Shown here piece after piece: positions 22,890 to 32,309 of a stretch of 64,000 bases of DNA (its first letter is position 1; the number at the start of each line of letters is the position of its first letter). The DNA is from an uncultured Candidatus Rokubacteria bacterium (GTDB lineage Bacteria > Methylomirabilota > Methylomirabilia > Rokubacteriales > DASRDR01): assembly GCA_963708025.1 (NCBI GenBank), contig CAVPSB010000010.1, positions 64,001-128,000 on the forward strand. Direction: 5' to 3'. The position numbers were made by a program, and so were the translations under genes. The notes beneath the pieces were generated by a model. It searched no databases. It was not told the origin of the DNA and was given only the letters and a program-made list of their open reading frames with translations.

Positions 22890-24092
22890 CGGTGGGCGCC
22901 GGGGAGACGATGCTGGTCGCGGTGGGGGTCGGTCTCGGGCTGGTGGGCGTCGCCGTCGCCTGGGGGCTGTTCGCGCTGGCCACCCGCGTGCGCGAGCTGG
23001 AGACGGCGCGGGCGGCGCCCGATGCCGCGGTGACGGTGCTCCAGCGCGAGATCCAGGCGGTCCGGGGCGAGGCCCGCCAGGGCCAGGAAAACACCCTCCA
23101 GACCGTGCGCCAGGAGGTGACGCAGTTCGGCGGCCAGGTCGGCCAGCAGTTCGGCCAGCTCCAGGCCGTGGTCGTCGATCAGCTCCAGCAGGTCACCACC
23201 GAGGTCAACCGGCGGCTCCAGGAGACGATGGGGCTCATCCAGTCGGCGCAGTCGGCGATGGGGCAGCGGCTCGACCACGCCGCCGCCGCCGTGAGCCAGG
23301 TCCACGGGCAGCTCGGCACGCTCACCGAGGCCACCCGTCGCATGGCGGAGATCGGCCGTGACATCGCCGGGCTCGAGCAGATCCTCCGGGCTCCGAAGGT
23401 CCGGGGCGGGCTCGGCGAGATCCTGCTCGAGCGGCTCCTCGAGGAGATCTTGCCCGGCGGGAGCTACCGTCTGCAGCACGCCTTCCGGAGCGGCGACAAG
23501 GTGGACGCGGTCATCACCCTGGGCGAGCGCCTGGTCCCGGTGGACTCGAAGTTCCCGCTGGAGAACTTCCGGCGCCTGGTCGAGGAGCCCGAAGAGGACC
23601 GGCGCCGGGTGGCGCGCCGCGCGTTCGGCCGTGACGTCCGGAACCGGGTGGACGAGATCGCCAAGAAGTACATCCTGCCCGGACGAGGCGACGTTCGACT
23701 TCGCGCTGATGTACATCCCGGCCGAGAACGTCTACTACGAGGTGATCGTCCGGGAGGGGGACGAGGCGGACGAGGACGCCCTCCTGCCATACGCCCTGTC
23801 GCGCCGGGTGATCCCGGTGTCGCCGAACTCGTTCTACGCCTACCTCCAGGTCATCCTGCTCGGCCTCAAGGGGTTCCGCATCGAGCAGAACGCCCGGGAG
23901 ATCCTGGCCACGCTGGGCCGGCTCTCCGGGGACCTCGCCCGGTTCCGGGAGCATTTCGAGACGCTGGGCAAGCACGTCACGAACGCCAAGAACAAGTACG
24001 AGGACGCCGCGACGGCCCTCGCGCGGTTCGAAGCCAAGCTGGAGAACGTGGAGGGGCGGACCATCCAGGAAGCCCTCCCCGGAGTCCCCTGA
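22886..24092 (+). CDS. rmuC: DNA recombination protein RmuC (apparent frameshift near 23679)
   Basis: N-terminal TM segment and coiled coil, RGGLGE, VDSKFP, KKYILP | DEATFDFALMYIPAENVY, VSPN. Confidence 0.88.
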
Positions 24093-25018
24093 TGACGCTG
24101 CCGACTTCGTCGGAGTGGACCGTCGACGAGCACGGCGCCCTGACCGAGACGCGCTTCGCCGCCCCCCCCCTGGTGTCGCGGGGCAAGGTCCGCGACATTT
24201 ACGACCTCGGCGAGCACCTGCTGATCGTCACCACCGACCGGATCAGCGCCTTCGACTGGGTGCTGCCCAACGGCATCCCCGACAAGGGGAGGGTCCTCAA
24301 CCAGCTCTCGGCGTTCTGGTTCAACGTGCTCGGCAACATCGTGCCAAACCACCTGGTGTCGATCGAGATCGGCGCCGAGCGGCGGGTGCCGGCGCGGTAC
24401 CACGCGGTGCTCGGCGGCCGGGCGATGATCGCCCGGAAGGCGGAGGTCTTCCCGATCGAGTGCGTCGCCCGCGGATACCTCATCGGCTCCGGCTGGAAGG
24501 ACTACCAGAAGACGGGCGCGGTCTGCGGCATCCCGCTCCCGCCCGGGCTCGCCCTGGCCGCCCGGCTGCCGGAGCCGATCTTCACGCCAGCCACCAAGGC
24601 CGTGTCCGGCCACGACGAGAACATCGACTTCGCCGCGATGAGCCGGGTGGTGGGCGCCGACGTCGCCGGCGAGCTGCGGCAGCTCACGCTCGAGCTGTAT
24701 CGCGAGGGGACCATGCTCGCCGAGCGCTGCGGGATCATCATCGCCGACACCAAGTTCGAGTTCGGGCGCCACGCGGGGCGGATCCACCTGGTCGACGAGG
24801 CGTTGACCCCCGACTCCTCGCGGTTCTGGCCCGCCGACGCCCATGCGCCGGGGCATTCGCCGCCGTCGTACGACAAGCAGTTCGTCCGGGACTGGCTGGA
24901 GGCGACGTCGTGGGACAAGAACTCGCCGCCGCCGCGCCTGCCCGCGGAGGTCGTCGCCCAGACGCGCGCGAAGTACATTGAGGCGCTCGTGCGCCTCACC
25001 GGACAGGGCCTGCGATGA
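24092..25018 (+). CDS. purC: SAICAR synthetase
   Basis: GKVRDIY, DRISAFD, ECVARGY, ADTKFEFG, DEALTPDSSR, DKQFVRDWL. Confidence 0.95.
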   Translation: MTLPTSSEWTVDEHGALTETRFAAPPLVSRGKVRDIYDLGEHLLIVTTDRISAFDWVLPNGIPDKGRVLNQLSAFWFNVLGNIVPNHLVSIEIGAERRVPARYHAVLGGRAMIARKAEVFPIECVARGYLIGSGWKDYQKTGAVCGIPLPPGLALAARLPEPIFTPATKAVSGHDENIDFAAMSRVVGADVAGELRQLTLELYREGTMLAERCGIIIADTKFEFGRHAGRIHLVDEALTPDSSRFWPADAHAPGHSPPSYDKQFVRDWLEATSWDKNSPPPRLPAEVVAQTRAKYIEALVRLTGQGLR

Positions 25019-25064
25019 CCTTGACACGCCTCGCCGCGCGGCGAGGTTGTGCTATGATCCAACG

Positions 25065-25373
25065 GTGATGGGCTCCTTGCCGCCGTGTCAGGTCTACGGC
25101 ATCAACATCCTCGTCAAGCTCCTGCCGGAGGCGCCGCCGGGCGTGCGCCTGTACTGTCCGAAGGGCTCCCCGATCCGTTACGGCATCGTGGTGGGACGCG
25201 GGGACGGCTTCGACGAGGGCGCGAACACGTTCCGCGAGATGCCACCGATCGAGGCGGTCGTCGCCTTCGAGGAGACGGCCGAGGAAGTCGAAGGCCACTA
25301 CTTCTACGTGAGCGGCGAGGAGTTTCGGGTGTTGCGGCTGGATTCGGTGATCCTCGCCTTCCCCCGCGAGTAA
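25065..25373 (+). CDS. Divergent GroES/Cpn10-like small protein
   Basis: ~102 aa; NILVK..GIVVGRGDG..GEEFRVLRLDSVILAF echoes GroES RVLVK..GEVVAVGPG..GEEYLIL.ESDILA; start GTG 25065 or ATG 25068. Confidence 0.55.
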   Translation: MMGSLPPCQVYGINILVKLLPEAPPGVRLYCPKGSPIRYGIVVGRGDGFDEGANTFREMPPIEAVVAFEETAEEVEGHYFYVSGEEFRVLRLDSVILAFPRE

Positions 25374-25398
25374 CCCTCGCGGGAGCCCCCCGCGCGCC

Positions 25399-26637
25399 AT
25401 GGCCGCCGCCCGAGCGGACGTCGTCTCCGGGGTCCTCGCCCACCTCGCCGCGGACGAGGTCGTCGCCCTCACCCAGCGCCTGGTCCGCATCCCCAGCGTC
25501 TTCCGGCCCGGTGAGCCCGACGCCAACGAGCGGGCGGTGGCGCACGCGGTGGCGGAGTGGTGCCGGGGCGAAGGCCTCGCCATCGAGGTCCAGGACGTGG
25601 CCCCCGGACGGCCCAACGTCGTCGCTACGCTCGAGGGCGCGCCCGGGGGCCCGACGCTCTGCCTCGAGGGCCATACCGACGTCGTGACCGAGGGCGATCC
25701 CCGGGCGTGGCGCCACGGCCCGTGGAGCGGTGTTGTCGAGGACGGTCGGCTCTACGGGCGGGGTGCGGCGGACATGAAGGGCGGCCTGGCCGCCGCGATG
25801 GCGGCGGCGGCGGGGATCCGGCGAGCCGGCGTCCGCTTCACCGGCCGGCTCGTCGTGGCCGCGCTGGTGGACGAGGAGGCCGGGATGACCGGCGCTCGCC
25901 ACTTCATGCGGACGCCCGTGGGGCGCTCGGTGGACGCGGCGATCATCTGCGAGCCGGAGCAGAACGAGCTCTGCCTGGAGCAGAAGGGCGTGTTCTGGGC
26001 GCGGGTCCTGATCCAGGGCCGGATGTCCCACGGGGCGATGCCCTACGCGGGAGTCAATCCGATCGCGGCGGCCGGCACGTTCCTCGCCGCGCTCCCGCGC
26101 CTCGAGCGACGGCTGGCGCGCGGACTGCCCCGGAGCCGGTTCCTCGGGATCCCGCACGTCACCGCGACGCGCTGCGCGGCGCCGCTGGACGGCGTGGCCC
26201 AGAACAACGTGATCCCGGCCCGGGCCGGCCTCGTCCTCGACGTACGACTCATCCCGGGGCTGGCTCCCGAAGCCGTGATGGCCGCGCTGGAGAGCCTCGC
26301 CCGCGAGGCCGAGGCGCGGCAGCCGGGGATCAAGATCGAGCTGGAGACCATGGAGCCGCCGCGGCCGGCCACGCGGACCGACCGCGATGCCCCGGTCGTG
26401 CGGGCGCTCGCCTGGGCCGTCGGCGCGGTGACCGGGCGGCGGCCGCGCTGGGGTGGGGTGCCCGGCTCGACCGACGGGACGATCTTCGTGGCGGAGCGGG
26501 GGATTCCGATCGTGACGTTCGGGCCCGGCCAGCGCGAGGTGCCCCACCAGGTGGACGAGTACGTGGAGGTCGCCCAGCTCGAGGAAGCGGCCCGCTGCTA
26601 CGCGGTGGCGGCTCTCCGCTTCCTAGGGGCGGCATGA
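25399..26637 (+). CDS. M20 family metallopeptidase (ArgE/DapE-like)
   Basis: EGHTDVV, YGRGAADMKGG, VDEE, CEP, HQVDE. Confidence 0.9.
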   Translation: MAAARADVVSGVLAHLAADEVVALTQRLVRIPSVFRPGEPDANERAVAHAVAEWCRGEGLAIEVQDVAPGRPNVVATLEGAPGGPTLCLEGHTDVVTEGDPRAWRHGPWSGVVEDGRLYGRGAADMKGGLAAAMAAAAGIRRAGVRFTGRLVVAALVDEEAGMTGARHFMRTPVGRSVDAAIICEPEQNELCLEQKGVFWARVLIQGRMSHGAMPYAGVNPIAAAGTFLAALPRLERRLARGLPRSRFLGIPHVTATRCAAPLDGVAQNNVIPARAGLVLDVRLIPGLAPEAVMAALESLAREAEARQPGIKIELETMEPPRPATRTDRDAPVVRALAWAVGAVTGRRPRWGGVPGSTDGTIFVAERGIPIVTFGPGQREVPHQVDEYVEVAQLEEAARCYAVAALRFLGAA

Positions 26638-26722
26638 GAGCTTCGGGGGGGTCTCGGAAGACCTCCCCGAAGCCCCCCCACGGATGCCGCGACTGTTGGA
26701 CGGCCTTCGGCCTTTGGGCCGC
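26638..26722 (+). repeat. Composite family C start plus family B hairpin
   Basis: CTTCGGGGGGGTCTCGGAAG.. then GGACGGCCTTCGGCCTTTGGG. Confidence 0.65.
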
Positions 26723-26856
26723 GGCTCGAAGCGGAACGCCACGGCCGCGTGGCGGGAGCCAGAGGGTCGCGAGAAACCCACGGGCGGTGGGAACGCGAGA
26801 CGTCGGGATTGGTTCACGGGCTCTGCGATCCGGCGGGCGGTCGCGGGGAACTCGCG

Positions 26857-28110
26857 GTGAGTGAGGCGCCGGCCGGGCCGCGGCTCCGCCCGGTCGAGGC
26901 GTTCCCGGCGACGGTCGGCGGGCGCGAGGTCATCTGTCTGCGCGATCCCTCCGGCCTCACCGAGGCGGTCCTCACGGTTCCGCGCCCGCTGGCGGCGATC
27001 CTCGCGCTCTTCGACGGGACCCGCTCGATCCGGGAGATCCAGGCTGACATCATGCGCTACCAGGGCACGCTGGTGCCGAGCGACCAGCTCGAGAGCCTGG
27101 TGGAGACGCTCGACCGCCACCTGTTCCTAGAGGGGGAGCGGCCCCGGGCCGAGCGCGAGCGGCTGGCGGTGACGTTTCGCGCGAACCCGGTCCGTCCTGC
27201 GATCCATGCCGGCAAGGCCTACGCGGGCGACGCCGAGTCGCTCGCGGCCGAGCTTTCCGGCTTCTTCACCCATGCGGACGGTCCCGGCCCGGTCGGCGAG
27301 CGGAGGGCGGCCACGCTGCGTGGGCTGGTCGCTCCCCACATCGACTTCCATCGCGGCGGTCCCGCCTATGCCTGGGCATACGGGGTGGCGGCCGAGGCTT
27401 GCGACGCCGACTGCTTCGTCGTGTTCGGCACCGCGCACGCGGGGCTGGACGGCCATCCCTTCGCGCTGACGGCGAAGCCCTACGACACGCCGTTCGGGGC
27501 CATGCCGGTCGACGGCGAGGTGGTGGACGCCCTGGCGCGGCGGGCGCCCGGCCAGCTGTTCGCGGCCGAGCTGGCGCACCGCGCCGAGCACTCGATCGAG
27601 TTCCAGGCCGTCTGCCTGCGCTACCTCGCCGCGCATCGATGGGGCGGCAAGGACGTCCGGATCGTGCCGATCCTGGCGAGCTTCGTCCACGAGTGCCTGG
27701 CCGGGGGGCGCGACCCGCGGACCGACCCGGCCGTCGCCGGCGTGCTCGACGCGCTGCGAGAGACCATGGCGGCGGTGCCCCGGCGCTACTGCCTGGTCGC
27801 GGGGGCCGACCTCGCCCACGTGGGTCCGCGCTTCGGCGATCCGGAGCCGGTCTCGCGCACGCGGCTGGCCCGGATCGAGACCGAGGACCGCGCTCTGCTG
27901 TCGCTGGTGACGGGCGTGGATCCCGGCGGCTTCTTCGCGTCGGCGGCCGCCGACGGGGACGGCCGGCGGACCTGTGGCCTCTCCCCGATCTACTCGCTCC
28001 TGGCGACGCTGCCCGCGGGGCGGGGCCGCCTGTTGAAGTACGGGCAGTGGCCCGACCCGCAGGGGGTGGTGACGTTCGCCAGCGTCGCCTTCGAGGAGGA
28101 CGCCCCGTGA
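26857..28110 (+). CDS. MEMO1 family / AmmeMemoRadiSam protein B with N-terminal extra domain
   Basis: HAGKAY, APHID, GTAH, EHSIEFQ, ADLAHVG, CG.SP. Confidence 0.88.
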   Translation: MSEAPAGPRLRPVEAFPATVGGREVICLRDPSGLTEAVLTVPRPLAAILALFDGTRSIREIQADIMRYQGTLVPSDQLESLVETLDRHLFLEGERPRAERERLAVTFRANPVRPAIHAGKAYAGDAESLAAELSGFFTHADGPGPVGERRAATLRGLVAPHIDFHRGGPAYAWAYGVAAEACDADCFVVFGTAHAGLDGHPFALTAKPYDTPFGAMPVDGEVVDALARRAPGQLFAAELAHRAEHSIEFQAVCLRYLAAHRWGGKDVRIVPILASFVHECLAGGRDPRTDPAVAGVLDALRETMAAVPRRYCLVAGADLAHVGPRFGDPEPVSRTRLARIETEDRALLSLVTGVDPGGFFASAAADGDGRRTCGLSPIYSLLATLPAGRGRLLKYGQWPDPQGVVTFASVAFEEDAP

Positions 28111-28595
28111 GCGCCGGGCCGAGCCCCGGTCCGTTCACGCTGCCGCCCGGGACCTTCCGGATCGACCGGGACGGCGTCTGGCGTCACGAGGGCCACGAGG
28201 TGACCCACGCGGGGGTGCTCCGGAACCTCTACGCCAACCTCCGCGCCGACGCTGCCGGGCACTACCTCCAGATCGGCCCGGCCCGGATCCCGGTCGAGGT
28301 CAACGATGCGCCGTTCGTGGTGACGCGGGTGGATGGCCCCGACTCATCGAGGGATCCGGTCGGGCCCCTGCGGATCTACTTGACGGATGGCACGCACGAG
28401 GGGCTGGACCCGGCCAGCATCTGGATCGGTCCCCACGAGGCGCCCTACTGTCGAGTGAAGGAGGGGCAGCTCCACGCCCGCTTCTCCGTGGCAGCCTGGC
28501 TCCAGCTGGCCCGTTTCGTGGAGGAGGAGCCCGGGAGCGGGCGCCCGGTCCTCGTGGTGGGAGCCCGTCGCCTGGTGCTCCCGAGGCGTGGCTGA
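28107..28595 (+). CDS. DUF1285-like protein
   Basis: RIDRDGVWRHEG, PVEVNDAPFVV, PYCRVK..ARF. Confidence 0.75.
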   Translation: MSAGPSPGPFTLPPGTFRIDRDGVWRHEGHEVTHAGVLRNLYANLRADAAGHYLQIGPARIPVEVNDAPFVVTRVDGPDSSRDPVGPLRIYLTDGTHEGLDPASIWIGPHEAPYCRVKEGQLHARFSVAAWLQLARFVEEEPGSGRPVLVVGARRLVLPRRG

Positions 28596-28744
28596 CAGCG
28601 TGTGCCGGGCCCTTCACGGTCGGGCTGGCCCTGGTGACCCCGTTGATCACTTACGTGCCCTGGTCCTCGCTGGCCCGGGGAAAGCTCGTCCATTCCTGGA
28701 CCGCCCGACTATAATGGCTGTCGAACAGCGGGTCGGGGAGCGGC

Positions 28745-29485
28745 ATGCCGACGGGAGGGCGGTTCCAGCAAGGCGACCGCGTCATCGTCCGTCAGAACGG
28801 GACGCGGCTGGGAGGGCGTGTCTCCGGGGTGCTGTCGCCCTGGCGCTTCCGGGTGGTCACCGACCAGAATCGCCGGCTGGAAGTCCCCAGGCGCGATCTC
28901 CGCCGAGGTCGGAACAATGTCCTGATCCTGGAGACGCGGCTCGACGCCGCGCTTCATTCTCAGCGCCACTCGGGGACCTTCCTCCGCGAGTTCCTCCAGG
29001 CGTACGGCGTCCAGGCCCTCTACGAGCGGGTCCACACCAAGCGCGACCTCGAGCAGTTCCTGGACCAGGCCCGGCGGACGCCGAACATCCCGTACATCCA
29101 CTTCGTGGCGCACGGGAGCGTCAAGGAGCGGTCGAGTCTCCTGCTGACCTTCGAGCGCGTGAACCTGCACCGGGAGGCTGGCATGTTCAGGGCGCTCGAC
29201 GGCAAGCTGCTGATCTTCTCTTCGTGCGACATCGGCGCGGATCGGGTCGCCATGGAGCGCATCCTGGAGTTCAGCCGGGCCCGGGCGATCATCGCCTACA
29301 CCAAGGAGATCGAGGACTCTTACTCCTACCTGGCGGAGTCGCTGCTGTACGGGCTGATCCTCGATTCGCTGCTGTCGCCCGCCGAGATCGTGCGGCGAGT
29401 GCGGGCCGCCCTCCGGGAAATCCGCCTGCGCCGCACCACCAGCGCCCGCGAGGTCCGCTCGCCGCTCGTCTGCTTCCAGCGCTGA
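28745..29485 (+). CDS. Hypothetical: SH3/KOW-like N-terminus plus caspase/CHAT-like domain
   Basis: IHFVAHG...LIFSSC dyad pattern; TATAAT at 28710. Confidence 0.6.
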   Translation: MPTGGRFQQGDRVIVRQNGTRLGGRVSGVLSPWRFRVVTDQNRRLEVPRRDLRRGRNNVLILETRLDAALHSQRHSGTFLREFLQAYGVQALYERVHTKRDLEQFLDQARRTPNIPYIHFVAHGSVKERSSLLLTFERVNLHREAGMFRALDGKLLIFSSCDIGADRVAMERILEFSRARAIIAYTKEIEDSYSYLAESLLYGLILDSLLSPAEIVRRVRAALREIRLRRTTSAREVRSPLVCFQR

Positions 29486-29507
29486 GAGCGTGTGCAGGAA
29501 TGGGTCA

Positions 29508-29666
29508 GCCGACTCCCCCCTCGGGTGGGTGGGGGAGGGCTGGGGAGGTGGGCGGGAGGTCCCGAACCGAGGGCGTGCGACGGAATCGAATCGTCCGGCC
29601 CCCCTCCGCCCCGGTGGGTGGGGGAGGGGGCCAAAGGCCGAAGGCCGTGAAGGATCGGGAGGTCCC
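29508..29666 (+). repeat. Two family A units with family B hairpin, between convergent genes
   Basis: CCGACTCCCCC..GGGTGGGTGGGGGAGGG..GGAGGTCCCGAA; CCAAAGGCCGAAGGCCGT. Confidence 0.8.
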
Positions 29667-29673
29667 GAATGAT

Positions 29674-31092
29674 CTAGCCGCGCAGGTGCAGGACGACCAG
29701 CTTGAGCTCGGTCATCTCCTCCACCGCGTAGCGCGGGCCCTCCTTGCCGAAGCCGGACTCCTTGAGGCCGCCGTAGGGCATGAGGTCGGCCCGCCACTGG
29801 GGCCCCCAGTTGACGTGGAGATTCCCGGACTGCACCTCGCGGGCGAACTTCATGGCGTGCTCCAGGCTCTCGGTGAAGATGGCGGCCGCGAGCCCGTAGC
29901 GGCTGTCGTTGGCGAGGGCGATGGCCTGGTCGATGTCATCGAATGGGGTCACGGCCACCGCTGGCCCGAACAGCTCGTCGGACGAGATGCGCATCTCGGG
30001 CTTGACGTCGGCCACGACCGTCGGGGCGTAGACGGACCCCTGGCGCTGGCCGCCGGTCACGAGCCGGGCGCCGCTGCCGACCGCTTCCCGGATCCACTCG
30101 TCCACGCGGATCGCTTCCTTCTCGCGAATCATCGGCCCCACCTTCACCTTCTCGTCGAGCTGGTTGCCGGAGGTGAGGGCCTCCACCCGGGGCTTGAGCG
30201 CGGCCAGGAAGTCGGCGTACACCTGGCCGGCGGCCAGCACCCGCTGGGTCGAGATGCAGACCTGGCCGGCGTTGGCGTAGCCGGTGGCGGCGACCGCCTC
30301 GGCGACCCGGTCGAGGTTGGCGTCGGGCATGACGATGAGCGGGGCGTTCGAGCCCAGCTCCATCGTCACCCGCTTGAGGCCGGCCACCTTGCAGATGTGC
30401 TCGCCGACGTCACGGCTCCCGGTGAAGGTGATCTTCCGGACCCGGGAGTCCGCGCAGAGCCGGTCACCGATCTCGCCGCCGGATCCGGTGAGGCACTGGA
30501 TGCCCTCCGCCGGCAGCCCGGCCTCGAGCAGGATCTCGGTCAGCTTGAGGGCCGACAGCGGCGTGTCGCTGGCCGGCTTGACGATCACGGCGTTCCCGCC
30601 GGCGATGGCCGGGCCGACCTTGTGACACACGAGGTTCAGGGGGAAGTTGAAGGGGCTGATCGCCACCACGACCCCGCAGGGCACGCGGAGCGTGAAGGCC
30701 AGCTTCCCGGCGCCCCCCGGCGCCGCATCCACCGGCACCGTCTCCCCGTGGAGCCGCTTGGCCTCCTCGGCCGAGCCGAGGATCGTCTCGACGGCCCGGT
30801 TCGCCTCCAGGCGCCCCTCGGCGAGGATCTTGCCCTCCTCCTGGCTGATGGTGCGGCCGAGCTCCTCCTGGCGGGCGGCGATCAGGTCGGCCGCCTTGCG
30901 CAGGATCTTGAAGCGGTCGAGCCCCGAGAGCGTGGCCATGACCTTGGCGCCGCGGACCGCGCTCTCGAGGGCGCGCTCGACGTCGCCGCGGTCGGCGCGA
31001 GGCACGGTGTCGATGACGCTCTTGTCATAGGGATTCTCGACGGGAATCGTCTGGGGCTTCTCGATCCACTGGCCGGCGACATACATGCGCAT
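29674..31092 (-). CDS. Aldehyde dehydrogenase
   Basis: PFNFP, FTGS, ELGSN, GQVCIS, ELFGP, PYGGLKESG. Confidence 0.95.
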   Translation of the reverse strand: MRMYVAGQWIEKPQTIPVENPYDKSVIDTVPRADRGDVERALESAVRGAKVMATLSGLDRFKILRKAADLIAARQEELGRTISQEEGKILAEGRLEANRAVETILGSAEEAKRLHGETVPVDAAPGGAGKLAFTLRVPCGVVVAISPFNFPLNLVCHKVGPAIAGGNAVIVKPASDTPLSALKLTEILLEAGLPAEGIQCLTGSGGEIGDRLCADSRVRKITFTGSRDVGEHICKVAGLKRVTMELGSNAPLIVMPDANLDRVAEAVAATGYANAGQVCISTQRVLAAGQVYADFLAALKPRVEALTSGNQLDEKVKVGPMIREKEAIRVDEWIREAVGSGARLVTGGQRQGSVYAPTVVADVKPEMRISSDELFGPAVAVTPFDDIDQAIALANDSRYGLAAAIFTESLEHAMKFAREVQSGNLHVNWGPQWRADLMPYGGLKESGFGKEGPRYAVEEMTELKLVVLHLRG

Positions 31093-31250
31093 GGGGATTC
31101 CTCCTCGGTCGGCGGTGAGTGAGGCCTGCTCGTTCGATTATCGCCCCGCGCGCCGGCCGCGACAAGCCGACCGGCGCGCGGGAGGCCGGACTGCGGGTCG
31201 CCGCGCCGGGGGGTGGAGGGGGGCGCTCCGAGACGCGCGGTCGGGTCCGG

Positions 31251-32054
31251 TCAGTCGCCCGCCCGCGCGCGGCTCCGCCGGACCTCGTCCAGCGCCGCCA
31301 GCAGCTCCTGGTGGATCGGGCCGTTGGTCGCGACGACGCCCGCCTCGTCGAGCCGCCAGGGACCCCCGCGGAGGTCGGTGATCCGGCCGCCCGCCTCGAG
31401 CACCATGAGGCCACCCGCCGCCATGTCCCAGGGCCCGAGGCGCAGCTCCCAGTACCCGTCGAGGCGCCCGGCCGCGACGTAGCAGAGGTCGAGCACGGCC
31501 GAGCCGAGCCGCCGCACCGCGCGCGAGCGCAGCGCGAGCGCCGCGTACTCGGCCAGGTTGGTCGCGGGGGTCGAGCGGATGTCGTAGGGGAAGCCGGTCA
31601 CCAGCAAGCTCTCGTCGAGGACGGGGGTCGCCGACACCCGCAGCGGCTCGCCGTTGAGCGTGGCGCCCCGGCCGCGCTCGGCGACGAAGCACTCGTCGCG
31701 GGTCGGGTCGTAGCCGACCCCGAGCACGACCTCGCCCGCCCGCTCGAGGGCCACCGAGACCGAGAAGATCGGGAGGCCGTGGGCGTAGTTGGTCGTGCCG
31801 TCGAGCGGGTCGATGAGCCAGCGGTACTCGGAGCGGCCGGAGCGGGCGCCGCCCTCCTCGCCGAGGATCGCGTGGTCGGGGAAGGCCCCGCGGAGACGCT
31901 CGACGATGAGTGCCTCCGAGCGGCGGTCCATCTCGGTGACGAGATTGGTGGGGTGGCCCTTGTAGTCGATCCGGCGGGTGCCGCCCAGCGCCTCGCGGAG
32001 GAGCTTGCCGGCGCTGCGGGCAGCGTCGAGGGCGACCGGGAGGAACTCGCTCAC
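31251..32054 (-). CDS. suhB: Inositol monophosphatase family
   Basis: GEE, DPLDGTTNYAHG, GSAVLDL, WDMAAG. Confidence 0.92.
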   Translation of the reverse strand: MSEFLPVALDAARSAGKLLREALGGTRRIDYKGHPTNLVTEMDRRSEALIVERLRGAFPDHAILGEEGGARSGRSEYRWLIDPLDGTTNYAHGLPIFSVSVALERAGEVVLGVGYDPTRDECFVAERGRGATLNGEPLRVSATPVLDESLLVTGFPYDIRSTPATNLAEYAALALRSRAVRRLGSAVLDLCYVAAGRLDGYWELRLGPWDMAAGGLMVLEAGGRITDLRGGPWRLDEAGVVATNGPIHQELLAALDEVRRSRARAGD

Positions 32055-32122
32055 ACGCGGAGTCTATCACACGGCCCGGCGTCGCTTGACCCTCCCGCGG
32101 GAGGATGCTATAGGGCACCAAT

Positions 32123-32272
32123 CACGACCTGACCCACGGCAAGCGGCTCGAGCCGGAGGCGCTCCGGGGTCACGCCGTCCGCCTGGGCGCGCGCCACGGC
32201 ATTCCCACACCCGCCCTCTTCGTCGTGTACGCCGCGTTGAGACCGGCGGCGCTCGCCGCCCAGCCCGACTGA
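32123..32272 (+). pseudogene. C-terminal fragment resembling ketopantoate reductase (PanE/ApbA)
   Basis: Translates HDLTHGKRLEPEALRGHAVRLGARHGIPTPALFVVYAALRP..; in-frame TAG at 32111 with no start codon after it. Confidence 0.6.
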
Positions 32273-32309
32273 CGGGCGGCCGCGCGAGGCCGCTGGTATA
32301 ATTCTGCGG

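Noticed and set aside
22868-25018. 716-aa RmuC-PurC fusion ORF
   Set aside because: Produced by a frameshift: the RmuC C-half is in another frame and purC has its own ATG overlapping the rmuC stop.
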